Assembly: GCA_030390025.1 (NCBI GenBank)
Contig: CM059452.1
Location: 9,114,001 to 9,178,000 of the forward strand
Length of the DNA: 64,000 nucleotides
Source of the DNA: Squalus acanthias
Lineage: Eukaryota
Reading direction: 5' to 3'
Position 1 is the stretch's first letter. Every line of letters begins with the position of its first letter. The notes below the pieces were generated by a model. It worked only from the letters and a program-made list of their open reading frames with translations. It ran no database searches and was not told the DNA's origin. The translations under genes were made by a program, and so were the position numbers. Positions 50,911 through 64,000 of the stretch are shown here, piece after piece.

Positions 50911-51898
50911 GGACATACAATGACAGGAAGGGAACCTTCCTCCACAAAGCAATGCAGATAATTTAATCAGTGATGCTGCACCATATTTTGTGCATAAAGT
51001 CACACTTGCTTTTTTAATGGGAACAGGTGCATAAAGCAGTTCAATGATCATGTTAACACCAAAAGCTAAAAATAAACCAAATACAGCCCTTCATGTTCGC
51101 TGACACAACATAAACAGCCTTGTAAAGTGGCTGGAAACTAAACCCGAGGTTATGAGGATTTCAAACAGCAAGCTGTGAGAGTGACTGGCAATGATGTGAC
51201 AACATGGGAATTTTGGCTGCAGATATAGTGGCCCTGTGGGAGACTAATAACCAAATGTAATGTTGCTAGAAGGAGGAGTGAACACCCACAGGACCACTGA
51301 CTACTGGTGACCGAACAAGGCAAATTCTATTTTTACTACATGGGATTCTGGGAATGTTACCAGAGTTTTCGAGGCTGAATTCTGCAATTCATCCATTTTT
51401 TTCCTGTGAAAACCATAAAATCGTTTGCTATAATGTTCTTATATTTAGACAGATGGTGCACATTGGCTATTAGCAGCTTTAAGAAGATGCCTGACTTATT
51501 GGCATCTAAAGCAAACAATAGTTTGTCTTTTACAATTCCTGGTGGAATATTCTAGATTTTGTTGGAAGATCACAGGATAGGTTTGGATGAAGATGGCCCT
51601 TCAGCCCATTTAATCTCCTTCTAGAATACCAACCTTACCATCTTAGCATCTGTTTCTTCATTACTCCAGTGTCCTGGCATAAACCACCCTGCTGGCAACC
51701 CATTTCAGCTGTTGATCACCCTCTGAGTAAAGAAAGATTTCCTGCCGTCTATCCGAAATTTGCTCTCCACACCCATGAACCCTGTGCCCTCATGTCCTGC
51801 TGCCCAGATGTACTTTCTCTATCCAGGTAAGTATTTATATACCTCTATTAATGTTGCTTCTAAGACCTGTCTTCTTGAGGTTGAAGAAGAGGACTTCA

Positions 51899-52206
51899 CA
51901 GAATCACCACAGTGCAGATAGAGGCCATTTCGGCCCATCGAGCCTGCACCGACACATATCCCACCCTATCCCCGTAACCCCACGTATTTAATCCCCCTAA
52001 CACTAAGGGTCAATTTATCATAGCCAAATCAACCTAACCCGCACATCTTTGGACTGTGGGAGGAAACCGGAGCACCCGGCGGAAACCCACGCAGACACAG
52101 GGAGAATGTGCAAATTCCACACAGACAGTCACCCGTGGCCGGATTCGAACCCGGGTCCCTGGCGCTGTGAGGCAACAGTGCTAACCACTATGCCACCGTG
52201 TTGCCC
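51899..52206 (-). mobile_element. tRNA-derived HE1/V-type SINE, apparently full length
   Basis: A box TGGCATAGTGG, B box GGTTCGAATCC, V-domain-like core TTTGCACATTCTCCCTGTGTCTGCGTGGGTTTCC...CTCCGGTTTCCTCCCACAGTCCAAAGA, CR1-like 3' tail. Confidence 0.85.
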
Positions 52207-52239
52207 TTGCTGATCAAGTTGTACATCCTAACTCTTCCC

Positions 52240-53010
52240 TCTAACACCATGGATCAGGGTTTGTTGCTTTCTTCTGGATTGCCAGTAAGACCTGGATGGC
52301 TCCTATAATATCACGGTGACCAGGACTATATGCAGCATACCAAGTGCAATGTGACCAGGGCAGCTTCGGCATTAGCTCTAGGTACTTGAACTGAACTGAT
52401 TGGACAATATGATCCAGCATGCTATTTCCTTTGTTTATTGATGAGCCACACCTTTTAGGAATGATGAGTGGTGACTCAACTAACACCCTAAGGTTTGTCT
52501 CAACTTCCCACTTGACAAGTTCTATCCCACCCATTTCTATTTTTCCCTAATAAACAGTATCTTGCCTTTTTCTATATTGAGTTTCATTTGCCAATGGTCA
52601 TTCTTTGAAAGCTCCCTTTGTAAGATCCTAGTTGCCTTATCTGAATTCACATTCTTTCCTAGTTTGGTGTCATCTCCAAATTTAACTGTTTTATATTCTG
52701 ATTCTGATTGCAGGTCACCTTTGTAGACCAAGACCAGGAGGGATTCCCAGCATGGACCCCTGGGGTAACCCACTCAGTATCCTCCCTTTGCAACCTAGCT
52801 TCACCTCGACAGTAATCAATCAATATGCATGTTTCAGCTTGAAACCTACTGACCTTAGTTAGTAAAGAAGTCTCTCATGCAATACCTTATCAAAGGCCTT
52901 TTGGATGTCCAGGTACACTAGATCATTTAATTTGGGATACGCCCCATTTAATTCAGGACGTCATCTCTTTCAAAAAAGTCTAAGAAGTTGGTTAGGCAAG
53001 ATCTATCTAT
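52240..53010 (-). mobile_element. Highly degenerate CR1 fragment
   Basis: RSCLTNFLDFFE, KFGDDTKLG, WQMKLNIEK remnants. Confidence 0.7.
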
Positions 53011-53189
53011 TAACTCTGATTCTCTCTCCACAGATGCTGCCTGGCCTGCTGAGTATTTTCTGTTTTTATTTATAATAGAGAAGGGTGAAGCTATGTCTGT
53101 GCCTTTAACGGCAGCTGCCCAGACACAGGGTGCTGTCCCTTTAAGAATGAGTGACGGGGACAATCCAGATTCCTCTTTCAGATTTTCTG

Positions 53190-53530
53190 GGGAGGATGTC
53201 AGGAGCCCAGCGCGCAGGCGCGGGACAGGCTCTGCGCGGTTGCCGGGCGGAGCAGCAGGTCGGCGGGAGCGGGGTCGGGAGATTAATAAACTGCGGGTAG
53301 GCCGCGCCGCAGGGTTTATAAAGTTGGAGAACGGCCTCAGGCTCGAATGAGATCCAGCGGCCCGGTCTGTGTTCCACCGGACGGCAGCTGTGAGGCTTTT
53401 TCTCGGTGACAGGCCCGGGTTACGCGCCGCCATCTTGGTGGAGGAAAGACGGACCGGTTCCACCTGTAGCAGGGCGCATGCGCGGCCATCTTTGTACAGG
53501 AACAGGGAGTGGGCGGGGCTTCAGGGTCCC
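53190..53530 (+). promoter_or_regulatory. CpG-island promoter-like region upstream of the zinc-finger gene
   Basis: Locally GC- and CpG-rich; YY1-type CCGCCATCTT (about 53426), NRF1-type GCGCATGCGC (about 53474), GC box GGGCGGGG (about 53511). Confidence 0.6.
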
Positions 53531-54552
53531 AGTGACCAGGAGAGACAATCATTGACTCATTGATTTTATTCTCACTCTGCACACAGCGGGTGTGGAACTG
53601 AACCCAACCAGAGTAGAGGGAGGGAGAAAACTGGGAGTGGAGGAAAGAAATGTTGGAGATGGTGCGATGGGTTTGGATTTCAGCACAGGGAGGAGGGAGA
53701 GTGTGTGGGACTGGGATTTACAGCTTTGGGGGAACAAGAGAGGAAAGAATGTTCCATAGAAACTAGAATTGTCTGTTCTGAATTTCTATCCTGTACTTAC
53801 AGTGATGACTTTTGTAAACTCCTTTTACAGGGTATTAGAAGGGGAGGATTTGCTGACAGGAAACTCAAACTAAACATCACCTCAACATCTGATAGAGACA
53901 CTCGATTCATCAGGACCTGAATATCATCGGCCTTTGAATGTGGAAGGAGAAATGTTTGTCTCTTCTGTCTGTGGGGAAAGATTTCAAACATCAGTGTGAC
54001 TGGAAAAGCACTGAGACACACACACCCGAGTGAGAGTGTTCCAGTGCACTGAGTGTGTGTGTGAGTGTTGGCGATGGTCTGAAGCGGAAGACACGCTCCC
54101 GGGAGGCAGCGGAGATTGTGGGCTCGGGGAGGAATTGGACCCGCGGTTCGGCTGGGAAGCTTCATAAACACCCGGTGCAGGCCTCAGGCCCCGAATAAGA
54201 GCCCATAGGCCCGGCGGTGACAGGCCTGGTCAGCGGGGTCACTGGCCGCCATCTTGGACAGGCCGGGATCACGGCGCATGCGCGGCCATCTCCAGTGACC
54301 AGGAGAGACAATCATTGACTCATTGATTTTATTCTCACTCTGCACACAGCGGGTGTCTCACCATTTTCAAAAAGATTTCAAACATCATTGTGACTGGAAA
54401 AGCACTGAGACACACACACCCGAGTGAGAGTGTTCCAGTGCACTAACTGTGGAAAGAGCTTTAACCAGTTACACAGCCTGAAAAAACATCGCACCATTCA
54501 CAGCGGGGAGAAACCGTACACGTGTTCTGTGTGTGGACGAGGCTTCAACTGA

Positions 54553-55431
54553 TCGTCCAACCTGGAGAGACACAAGGACACCCGCACCACGGAGAAACCG
54601 TGGAAATGTGGGGACTGTGGGAAGGGATTCAGTTGCCTGTCCGAGCTGGATATTCATCGAGGCAGTCACACCGGGGAGAGGCCGTTCACCTGCTCCACGT
54701 GTGGGAAGGGATTCAGTCAGTCATCCAACCTTCTGACACACCAGCGAATTCACACTGGGGAAAGGCCATTCACCTGTTCTGTGTGTGAGAAGACTTTCAC
54801 TCACTTATCCACCCTGCTGACACACCAGCAAGTTCACACCGATGATAGACCTTTTGAATGTTCTGACTGTGGCAAGAGCTTTAAAAGCACAAAGCAACTG
54901 GTGACCCATCAACGCACTCACACTGGGGAGAGGCCGTTCACCTGCTCCGAGTGTGGGAAGGGATTCACTCAGTCATCTCACCTGCTGACACACCAGCGAG
55001 TTCACACTGCCGAAAGGCCGTTCACTTGCTCCGAGTGTGGGAAGGGATTCACTTGTTCGTCCAACCTGCTGGCCCACCAGCGAATTCACACTGGGGAGAG
55101 GCCATTCACCTGCTCTCTGTGTGGGAAGGGATTCACTCAGTCATCCCAAATCATTGTACACCAGCGTATTCACACTGGGGAGAGGCCATTCACCTGCTCC
55201 GTGTGTGGGAAGGGATTCATTGATTCATCCAACCTGCTGAATCACCAGCGAGTTCACACTGGGGAGAGGCCGTTCACCTGCTCCGTGTGTGGGAAGGGAT
55301 TCATTCACTCATCCAAACTTGTGACACACCAGCGAGTTCACACTGGGGTGAGGCCGTTCACCTGCTCCGTGTGTGGGAAGGGATTCACTCATTCACCCCA
55401 CTTGGTGAGACACCAGCGAGTTCACAAGTGA
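54553..55431 (+). CDS. Kruppel-type C2H2 zinc-finger array with 10 intact fingers; no in-frame ATG (possible pseudogene or last exon)
   Basis: Repeated CxxC...HxxxH with TGERPF linkers, open from the TGA at 54550-52 to the TGA at 55429-31. Degenerate upstream fingers with stops; candidate acceptor TTTTACAG at 53830; AATAAA at 55577-55582. Confidence 0.8.
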   Translation, partial: SSNLERHKDTRTTEKPWKCGDCGKGFSCLSELDIHRGSHTGERPFTCSTCGKGFSQSSNLLTHQRIHTGERPFTCSVCEKTFTHLSTLLTHQQVHTDDRPFECSDCGKSFKSTKQLVTHQRTHTGERPFTCSECGKGFTQSSHLLTHQRVHTAERPFTCSECGKGFTCSSNLLAHQRIHTGERPFTCSLCGKGFTQSSQIIVHQRIHTGERPFTCSVCGKGFIDSSNLLNHQRVHTGERPFTCSVCGKGFIHSSKLVTHQRVHTGVRPFTCSVCGKGFTHSPHLVRHQRVHK

Positions 55432-56547
55432 CTGCAGGGGTTGGATTCTGCTGTCATTGCTGCTGTTAATCACATCCAGGACTGAACCATGTTCATTCTG
55501 ACAGTTGGGGTTTGTTTCTGCTGATGTTAATAACCCCTATAACTAGGCTGTAGTTTAATATTCTGTATAACTGTTGAATAAATCTACTTTGTTTCCAGCA
55601 CACAGTGTGTTGAGTCCTTCATTTCTCCAAGATAAGAGACTAATTGATGTCCTGTTACTGATGGCTGCATTTTTTTGGTGCCTTTTTCTAACTCAAGATT
55701 ATTTCAGTTCTCATACCTTCGGTTACTCTCATGGACAAGTCCCAGCTCCCCATGTCTCCAGAGTGCCTCTCCTAGCCTTGGTATCCAGGGAAGGTCTCGG
55801 TAACACACCCGGGATCACTAAACACAAAACCCAGTCTGTTAATCACTTTCAGCTACTGGGCTTAGCGTGTGTCCCACAGCATCTCTCTCACCTTCGATGT
55901 GTGAATAGAGCATCACGCCTGCAAACCTAATCTTGAATTTAAATCCACTCAACAAATGTATTGAACAAAATACGAACAAGTAAATACATCACGGCCCAAT
56001 AATCCAGCTCTATATTCACAGGGGAAAGTCTGGTATCTAATCCTCGAGTGGACAAAATAAGGAAAGATCCCAAATGGAAAAGTCCCTCGAATCCTTTGTT
56101 AATACCTTTCAAATCGTGATCGGTTCCTTCCTTATTCTAGAATTTCCCATCCCTGTGGGAATCGATATTGGGCAAAAACTGCTAATTGGAAATTTCTAAC
56201 TGAGTTACAAGCTGACCAGTTCCTTCTCTCAGAGAATCTCCAAGGAGACTCTTTGATTTAAACACAGCTCTTCCCTCCTTTATATCCAGGATTAGAGTTA
56301 CTGGGAATGTAAAAAGGGCCTGTCAGTCCTCTACAGACTGAAACAATCACACAGCTCTCCGTCAGATTGAATGATTCCTCTCCAGCCTGTAACCGATGAA
56401 ATTGTAACACTGAGGCTAAAATTCATTTCCGTGCGCCGGGGGTGCAGGCAGTGCTGGGCACAGAGGGAGCAACAAACCGGGTTCAGAGTGGGCACTCTGG
56501 GTGAAATTTACCCTGGGTTTTCCAATTACCTTGCGTTGGGGATTCCA

Positions 56548-56836
56548 GCCCTGAGACTGTACATGGGGATTCTAACCCTGGGACTGTACATGGGAATTCT
56601 AACCCTGGGACTGTACATGGGAATTCTAACCCTGGGACTGTACATGGGGATTCTAACCCTGGGACTGTACATGGGGATTCTAACCCTGGGACTGTACATG
56701 GGGATTCTAACCCTGGGACTGTACATGGGGATTCTAACCCTGGACTGTACATGGGGATTCTAACCCTGGGACTGTACATGGGGATTCTAACCCTGGGACT
56801 GTACATGGGGATTCTAACCCTGGGACTGTACATGGG
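56548..56836. repeat. 27-bp minisatellite (CTGGGACTGTACATGGGGATTCTAACC) running into the gap
   Basis: Direct periodicity, about 10 copies. Confidence 0.92.
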
Positions 56837-57036
56837 NNNNNNNNNNNNNNNNNNNNNNNNNNNNNNNNNNNNNNNNNNNNNNNNNNNNNNNNNNNNNNNN
56901 NNNNNNNNNNNNNNNNNNNNNNNNNNNNNNNNNNNNNNNNNNNNNNNNNNNNNNNNNNNNNNNNNNNNNNNNNNNNNNNNNNNNNNNNNNNNNNNNNNNN
57001 NNNNNNNNNNNNNNNNNNNNNNNNNNNNNNNNNNNN
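56837..57036. other. Assembly gap (200 N)
   Basis: Run of N; the round size suggests a scaffolding placeholder. Confidence 0.98.
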
Positions 57037-60000
57037 AAACCTCCCTACAATGTTGCATCAAACACTCCCAGGGCAGGTAAAGTAAAGGTTATATACAGAG
57101 TAAAGCTCCCTCTACACTGTCCCAACAAACACTGTCAGGGCAGGTACAGCACAGCTTAGATACAGAGTAAAGCTCCCTCTACACTGTCCCATCAAACACT
57201 CCCAGGGCAGGAACAGCACAGGTTAGATACGGAGTAAAGCTCCCTCTGCACTGTCCCAACAAACACTCCCAGGGCAGGTACAGCAAGGGTAGGATACAAA
57301 GTAATGCTCCATCTACACTGACCCATCAAACACTCCCAGGGCAGGTACAGCACAGGTTTGATACAGAGTAAAGCTCACTTTACACTGTTCCATCAAACAC
57401 ACCCAGGTCAGGTACAGTACGGGTTAGATACAGAGTAACTCACCCTCTACACTGTCCCAGCAAGGTCTCCCAATGCATTTCCAGCATGGGTTAGATACAG
57501 AGTAAAGTTTCCTCTACATTGTCCCATCAAGCACTCCCAGGGAAGCGACAGCACGGGTTATCTATAGAGTATAGCTCCTTCTACACAGTCCCAGATTACA
57601 CACCCTGGGCAGGGACAGCAGGTGTTAGATGCAGTGTAAATCTCCCTCTACACTGCCCCATCAAAAACACCCAGGGCAGGTACAGTACAGGTTAGAATCA
57701 GAGTAAAGCTCCCTCTACACTGTCCCATCAAACACTCCTAGGGCTGGCATAGCACGGGTTAGATACCGAGTAAAGCTCCCTCTACACTGTCCTAAAAAAC
57801 ACAGCCAGGGCAGGTACAGCACGGGTTAGACACAGAGTAAAGCTCCCTCGACACTGTCCCATCAAACACTTCCAGGCCAGGCACAGCACGGTTTAGATAC
57901 AGAGTAAAGCTCCATCTACACTGTCCCGTCAAACACTCCCAAGGCAGGTAGAGAACGGGTTTGGTATAAAGTAAAGCTCCCTCTGCACTTTCCCATCAAA
58001 CACTCTCAGGGCAGGTACAGCACTGGTTAGAAACGAATTAAAGCTCCCTCTACACTGTCCCATCAAACACACCCAGGACAGGTACAGCACTGGTTAAATA
58101 TAAAATATAGCTCCCTCAGCACTGTACCATCAAACACTCCCAGGGCAGCTCCATCACGTGTTAGATACAGAGTGAAGCTCCCTCCATACTGTCCCATCAA
58201 ACACACCCAGGACAGGTATAGCACGGTTAAATACAGAACAAATATCCCTCTGCACTGCCCCATCAAACAATCCCAAGACAGGTACAGTACAGGTTAGATA
58301 CAGAGCAAAGCACAATCTACACTGTCCCAGAAAATTCTCCCAGTGCAGATAGAGCATGGGTTGGATACAGAGTAAAGCTTCCTCTGCACTGCCAATCAAA
58401 CACCCCCAGGGCAGGTAAAGCACGGGTTAGAGACAAAGTAAAGCTCCCTCTACACTGTCCATCAAACATTCCATGGGGAGGTACAGCACGGGTTAGATAG
58501 AGTGTAAAGCTCTCTCTGCACTGTCCCATCAAACTCTCCCACAACTGGTAAAGAACGGGTTAGATACAGAATAAAGCTCCCTCTTCACTGTCCCATCAAT
58601 GTCTCCCAGGGCAGGTAGAGCACGGGATAGATACAGAGTAAAGCTCCCTCTACACTGTCCATCAAACACTCCCACGGCACGTGCAGCACGGGTTAGATAG
58701 AGCGTAAAGCTCCCTCTGCACTGCCCTACCAAACACACCCAGGACAGGTATAGCACGGGTTAAATACAGAATAAAGCTCCCTCTACACTGTCCCATCAAT
58801 GTCTCCCAGGGCAGGTGGAGCACGGGATAGATACAGAGTAAAGCTCCCTCTGCACTGTCCATCAAACACTCCCACGGCACGTGCAGCACGGGTTAGATAG
58901 AGAGTAAAGCTCCCTCTGCACTGCCCTACCAAACACACCCAGGACAGGTATATCACGGGTTAAATACAGAATAAAACTCCCTCTGCATTGTTCCATCAAA
59001 CATACCCAGGGCAGGTAAAGTACAGCTTAGAAACACAGTAAAATTCGCTCTACACTGTCACAACAAACACTCCCAGGGCAGGTAGAGCACGGGTTAGATA
59101 CAGAGTAAAGCTCCCTCTGCACTGTCCCATCAAACACTCCCAGGGCAGGTAGAGCACGGGTTAGATACAGAGTAAAGCTCCCTCTACAATGTCCCATCAA
59201 ACACTCCCAGTTTATCGAATGCATAGGTTACATTTTATATTAAAGCTCCCTCTACACTTTACAATCAAACACTCCCAGGGCAGGTACAGCACGGGTTAGA
59301 AACAGAGTAAAGCTCCCTCTGCACTGTCCCATCAAACACTCCCAGGGCAGGTACAGCACGGGCTAGATACAGAGTAAAGCTCCCTCTACACTGTCCCATA
59401 AAACGCTACTAGGGCAGGTACAGCACGCGTTAGATACAGAGTAAAGCTCCCTCTACACTGTCTCATCAAACATTCCCAGTTTATCTAATGTATAGGTTAC
59501 ATTTTATATTCAAGCTCCCTCTGCGCACTCCAATCAATTTGGTTCGAGGACTATGAATAGGGCTGAGGGAAAACTTTTGTAAGAGTTGACATCTTGTTTT
59601 GTGGTAAAGACAATGATCCATTCTTGAGAGGCAAGACAGAAGGTGGAAATAGGAGAGAGAGGCAGAGAGGGAGAGGATACAGGAAATCTCCACACACACA
59701 TTTGTGATGTCACTATGTACGGTGACTTGTGGGAATCTTTCCCCATTCTGAACATGGATATCATCTTTACTTTATTCTCCTATAACTTAGAGAAATGTCC
59801 CAAAAACAATTGTTGCTGGAATCGTTGAGACATTTGCATTTCTCTCTTTATTTCTGTTCTGTGTTGGTGGGGAAACATTTATTGTGTTTCTGTCACTCAA
59901 TACTCTAATCTGGGACTTCTATTTCTGTGTTTATTTACATAAACGCCTCACTGGTTTCCCTGAAGTGTTCATGGCAACAAAACCAGATCAACAAAGTCAC

Positions 60001-63000
60001 TTATTGATTCGTTTCAACTCACAACAAGGGTTTATTTTAAGAATATTGACAGTTGGTACAAAATGAGTAGAAATATCTCGAACAGTGACGTTGGCTTCAG
60101 TTTTGTTCAATTAAAACAGATGTGATTTATAACTGAGGAAAAAATATTAAAATTAAGAATTCAGTTCTGAAAGTTCTGCTGCCGAAATCAATGGGACATC
60201 TGTGAACAGGCTGGTGATCCACTGGATGTCCATTTAGTGGAAGCTTCAACCCTTTAAAATGTTGTCATTTAGAAAGAACTTGCATTTATATAGCGCCTTT
60301 CACTGCCTCAGGACGTCCCAAAGCGCTTTACAGACAATGAAGAACTTTGGAAGTATAGTCACTGTTGTAAAGTAGGAAATGCTGCAGCCAAATTGCGCAC
60401 AGCAAGATCCCACAAACAGCAAGGCGATATTGACCAAAATATCTGTGTTTAGTGATTTTGGTTGACGGATAAATATTCATCAACATACCAGGGCGAACTC
60501 CACTGCTGTTATAGAGTCATAGATTCATACAGACATAAGGGCACAGAAAGAGGCCATTCGGCACATCAAGTCCCTCTACACTCTCCCATCCAACTGTCCC
60601 AGGGCAGGTACAGCACGGGTTCGATACAGAGTGATGCTCCCTCTACATTATCAGATCAAACACTCCCAGTGCAGGCCCAGCACTGATTAGATATAGAATA
60701 AAGCTCTCTCTACACTGTCCCATCACACACACTCAGAGCAGGGACAACATGGGTTGAACAGTGTAAACCTCCCTCTACACTGTCCCAGCAAACACTCCCA
60801 GGGCAGGTACAGCACGGGTTAGATAAAGAGTAAAGCTCCCTCTACACTGTCCCATCAAACACTGCCAGGGCAGGTACAGCACGGGTTAGATACAGAGTAA
60901 ACCTCCCTACAATGTTGCATCAAACACTCCCAGGGCAGGTAAAGTAAAGGTTATATACAGAGTAAAGCTCCCTCTACACTGTCCCAACAAACACTGTCAG
61001 GGCAGGTACAGCACAGCTTAGATACAGAGTAAAGCTCCCTCTACACTGTCCCATCAAACACTCCCAGGGCAGGAACAGCACAGGTTAGATACGGAGTAAA
61101 GCTCCCTCTGCACTGTCCCAACAAACACTCCCAGGGCAGGTACAGCAAGGGTAGGATACAAAGTAATGCTCCATCTACACTGACCCATCAAACACTCCCA
61201 GGGCAGGTACAGCACAGGTTTGATACAGAGTAAAGCTCGCTTTACACTGTTCCATCAAACACACCCAGGTCAGGTACAATACGGGTTAGATACAGAGTAA
61301 CTCACCCTCTACACTGCCCCAGCAAAGTCTCCCAATGCATTTCCAGCATGGGTTAGATACAGAGTAAAGTTTCCTCTACATTGTCCCATCAAGCACTCCC
61401 AGGGAAGCGACAGCACGGGTTATCTACAGAGTATAGCTCCTTCTACACAGTCCCAGATCACACACCCTGGGCAGGGACAGCAGGTGTTAGATACAGTGTA
61501 AATCTCCCTCTACACTGCCCCATCAAAAACACCCAGGGCAGGTACAGTACAGGTTAGAATCAGAGTAAAGCTCCCTCTACACTGTCCCATCAAACACTCC
61601 TAGGGCTGGCATAGCACGGGTTAGATACCGAGTAAAGCTCCCTCTACACTGTCCTAAAAAACACAGCCAGGGCAGGTACAGCACGGGTTAGACACAGAGT
61701 AAAGCTCCCTCTACACTGTCCCATCAAACACTCCCAAGGCAGGTAGAGAACGGGTTTGGTATAAAGTAAAGCTCCCTCTGCACTTTCCCATCAAACACTC
61801 CCAGGCAGGTACAGCACGGTTTAGATGCAGAGTAAAGCTCCCTCTGCACTATCCCATCAAACACTCTCAGGGCAGGTACAGCACTGGTTAGAAACGAATT
61901 AAAGCTCCCTCTACACTGTCCCATCAAACACACCCAGGACAGGTACAGCACTGGTTAAATATAAAATATAGCTCCCTCAGCACTGTACCATCAAACACTC
62001 CCAGGGCAGCTCCATCACGTGTTAGATACAGAGTAAAGCTCCCTCCATACTGTCCCATCAAACACACCCAGGACAGGTATAGCACGGTTAAATACAGAAC
62101 AAATCTCCCTCTGCACTGCCCCATCAAACAATCCCAAGACAGGTACAGTACAGGTTAGATACAGAGCAAAGCACAATCTACACTGTCCCAGAAAATTCTC
62201 CCAGTGCAGATAGAGCCTGGGTTAGATACAGAGTAAAGCTTCCTCTACACTGTCCAATCAAACACTCCCAGGGCAGGTAAAGCACGGGTTAGAGACAAAG
62301 TAAAGCTCCCTCTACACTGTCCCATCAAACATTCCATGGGGAGGTACAGCACGGGTTAGATAGAGTGTAAAGCTCTCTCTGCACTGTCCCATCAAACTCT
62401 CCCACAACTGGTAAAGAACGGGTTAGATACAGAATAAAGCTCCCTCTACACTGTCCCATCAATGTCTCCCAGGGCAGGTAGAGCACGGGATAGATACAGA
62501 GTAAAGCTCCCTCTACACTGTCCATCAAACACTCCCACGGCACGTGCAGCACGGGTTAGATAGAGAGTAAAGCTCCCTCTGCACTGCCCTACCAAACACA
62601 CCCAGGACAGGTATAGCACGGGTTAAATACAGAATAAAGCTCCCTCTACACTGTCCCATCAATGTCTCCCAGGGCAGGTAGAGCACGGGATAGATACAGA
62701 GTAAAGCTCCCTCTACACTGTCCATCAAACACTCCCACGGCACGTGCAGCACGGGTTAGATAGAGAGTAAAGCTCCCTCTGCACTGCCCTACCAAACACA
62801 CCCAGGACAGGTATAGCACGGGTTAAATACAGAATAAAGCTCCCTCTGCACTGTTCCATCAAACATACCCAGGGCAGGTAAAGTACAGCTTAGAAACACA
62901 GTAAAACTCGCTCTACACTGTCACAACAAACACTCCCAGGGCAGGTAGAGCACGGGTTAGATACAGAGTAAAGCTCCCTCTGCACTGTCCCATCAAACAC

Positions 63001-64000
63001 TCCCAGGGCAGGTAGAGCACGGGTTAGATACAGAGTAAAGCTCCCTCTACACTGTCCCATCAAACACTCCCAGTTTATCTAATGCATAGGTTACATTTTA
63101 TATTAAAGCTCCCTCTACACTTTACAATCAAACACTCCCAGGGCAGGTACAGCACGGGTTAGATACAGAGTAAAGCTCCCTCTACACTGTCCCATCAAAC
63201 ACTCCCAGGGCAGGTACAGCACGGGTTAGATACAGAGTAAAGCTCCCTCTACACTGTCCCATAAAACGCTACTAGGGCAGGTACAGCACGCGTTAGATAC
63301 AGAGTAAAGCTCCCTCTACACTGTCTCATCAAACATTCCCAGTTTATCTAATGTATAGGTTACATTTTATATTCAAGCTCCCTCTGCGCACTCCAATCAA
63401 TTTGGTTCGAGGACTATGAATGGGGCTGACGGAAAACTTTTGTAAGAAATTGACATCTTGTTTTGTGGTGAAGACAATGATCCATTCTTGAGAGACAAGA
63501 CAGAAGGTGGAAATAGGAGAGAGAGGCAGAGAGGGAGAGGATACAGGAAATCTCCACACACACATTTGTGATGTCACTATGTACGGTGACTTGTGGAAAT
63601 GTTTCCCCATTCTGAACATGGATATCATCTTTACTTTATTCTCCTATAACTTAGAGAAATGTCCCAAAAACAATTGTTGCTGGAATCCTTTGAGACATTT
63701 GCATTTCCCTCTTTATTTCTGGTCTGTGTTGGTGGGGAAACATTTATTGTGTTTCTGTCGCTCAATACTCTAATCTGGGACTTCTATTTCTGTGTTTATT
63801 TACATAAACGCCTCACTGGTTTCCATGAAGTGTTCATGGCAGCAAAACCAGATCAACAAAGTCACTTATTGATTCGTTTCAACTCACAACAAGGGTTTAT
63901 TTTAAGAATATTGACAGTTGGTACAAAATGAGTAGAAATATCTTGAACAGTGACATTGGCTTCAGTTTTGTTCAATTAAAACAGATGTGATTTTATAACA
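57037..64000. repeat. 67-bp satellite organised in a ~3.86-kb tandem macro-unit that includes the non-satellite block
   Basis: AAACCTCCCTACAATGTTGCATC at 57037 and 60899; block starts at 59481 and 63344. Confidence 0.9.

Noticed and set aside
52140-52206. tRNA gene
   Set aside because: A and B boxes are present, but the sequence continues into a SINE core and LINE-derived tail, so it is a SINE head.
52948-53582. Arg/Pro/Ala-rich ORFs in the GC-rich region
   Set aside because: Expected stop-poor frames of a CpG island overlapping repeat fragments; no recognisable domain.
56548-56836. Telomeric repeat
   Set aside because: Only one TAACCC per 27-bp unit; not a (TTAGGG)n array.

Overview
Eukaryotic, repeat-rich DNA from a cartilaginous fish, most likely an elasmobranch, judging by the cluster-type IgH locus, an HE1/V-type SINE, Deu-domain SINEs and a 67-bp satellite. 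The minus strand from 12.6 kb to 0.27 kb carries an unrearranged, apparently intact immunoglobulin heavy-chain minilocus: leader, V(23-RSS), D1(12/22), D2(12/12), J(23), an 8.3-kb intron, CH1 and CH2. CH3 and later exons presumably lie beyond the left edge. The C exons, D segments and J look IgM-type, but by recalled sequence comparison the leader and V look IgW-type, so this may be a germline IgW-V/IgM-C hybrid cluster. CH2 also lacks two non-canonical cysteines recalled from horn-shark IgM. The rest of the window consists of CR1-clade LINE copies, Penelope-like elements, SINEs, several minisatellites, tens of kb of a 67-bp satellite with higher-order repeats, a 10-finger C2H2 zinc-finger ORF with no in-frame ATG and a duplicated promoter block, and a 200-N assembly gap. 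One Penelope-like copy is a ~710-bp non-coding insert with ~237-bp inverted arms, each carrying a minimal hammerhead ribozyme motif. All family assignments come from recognising motifs by eye; no database searches were run.
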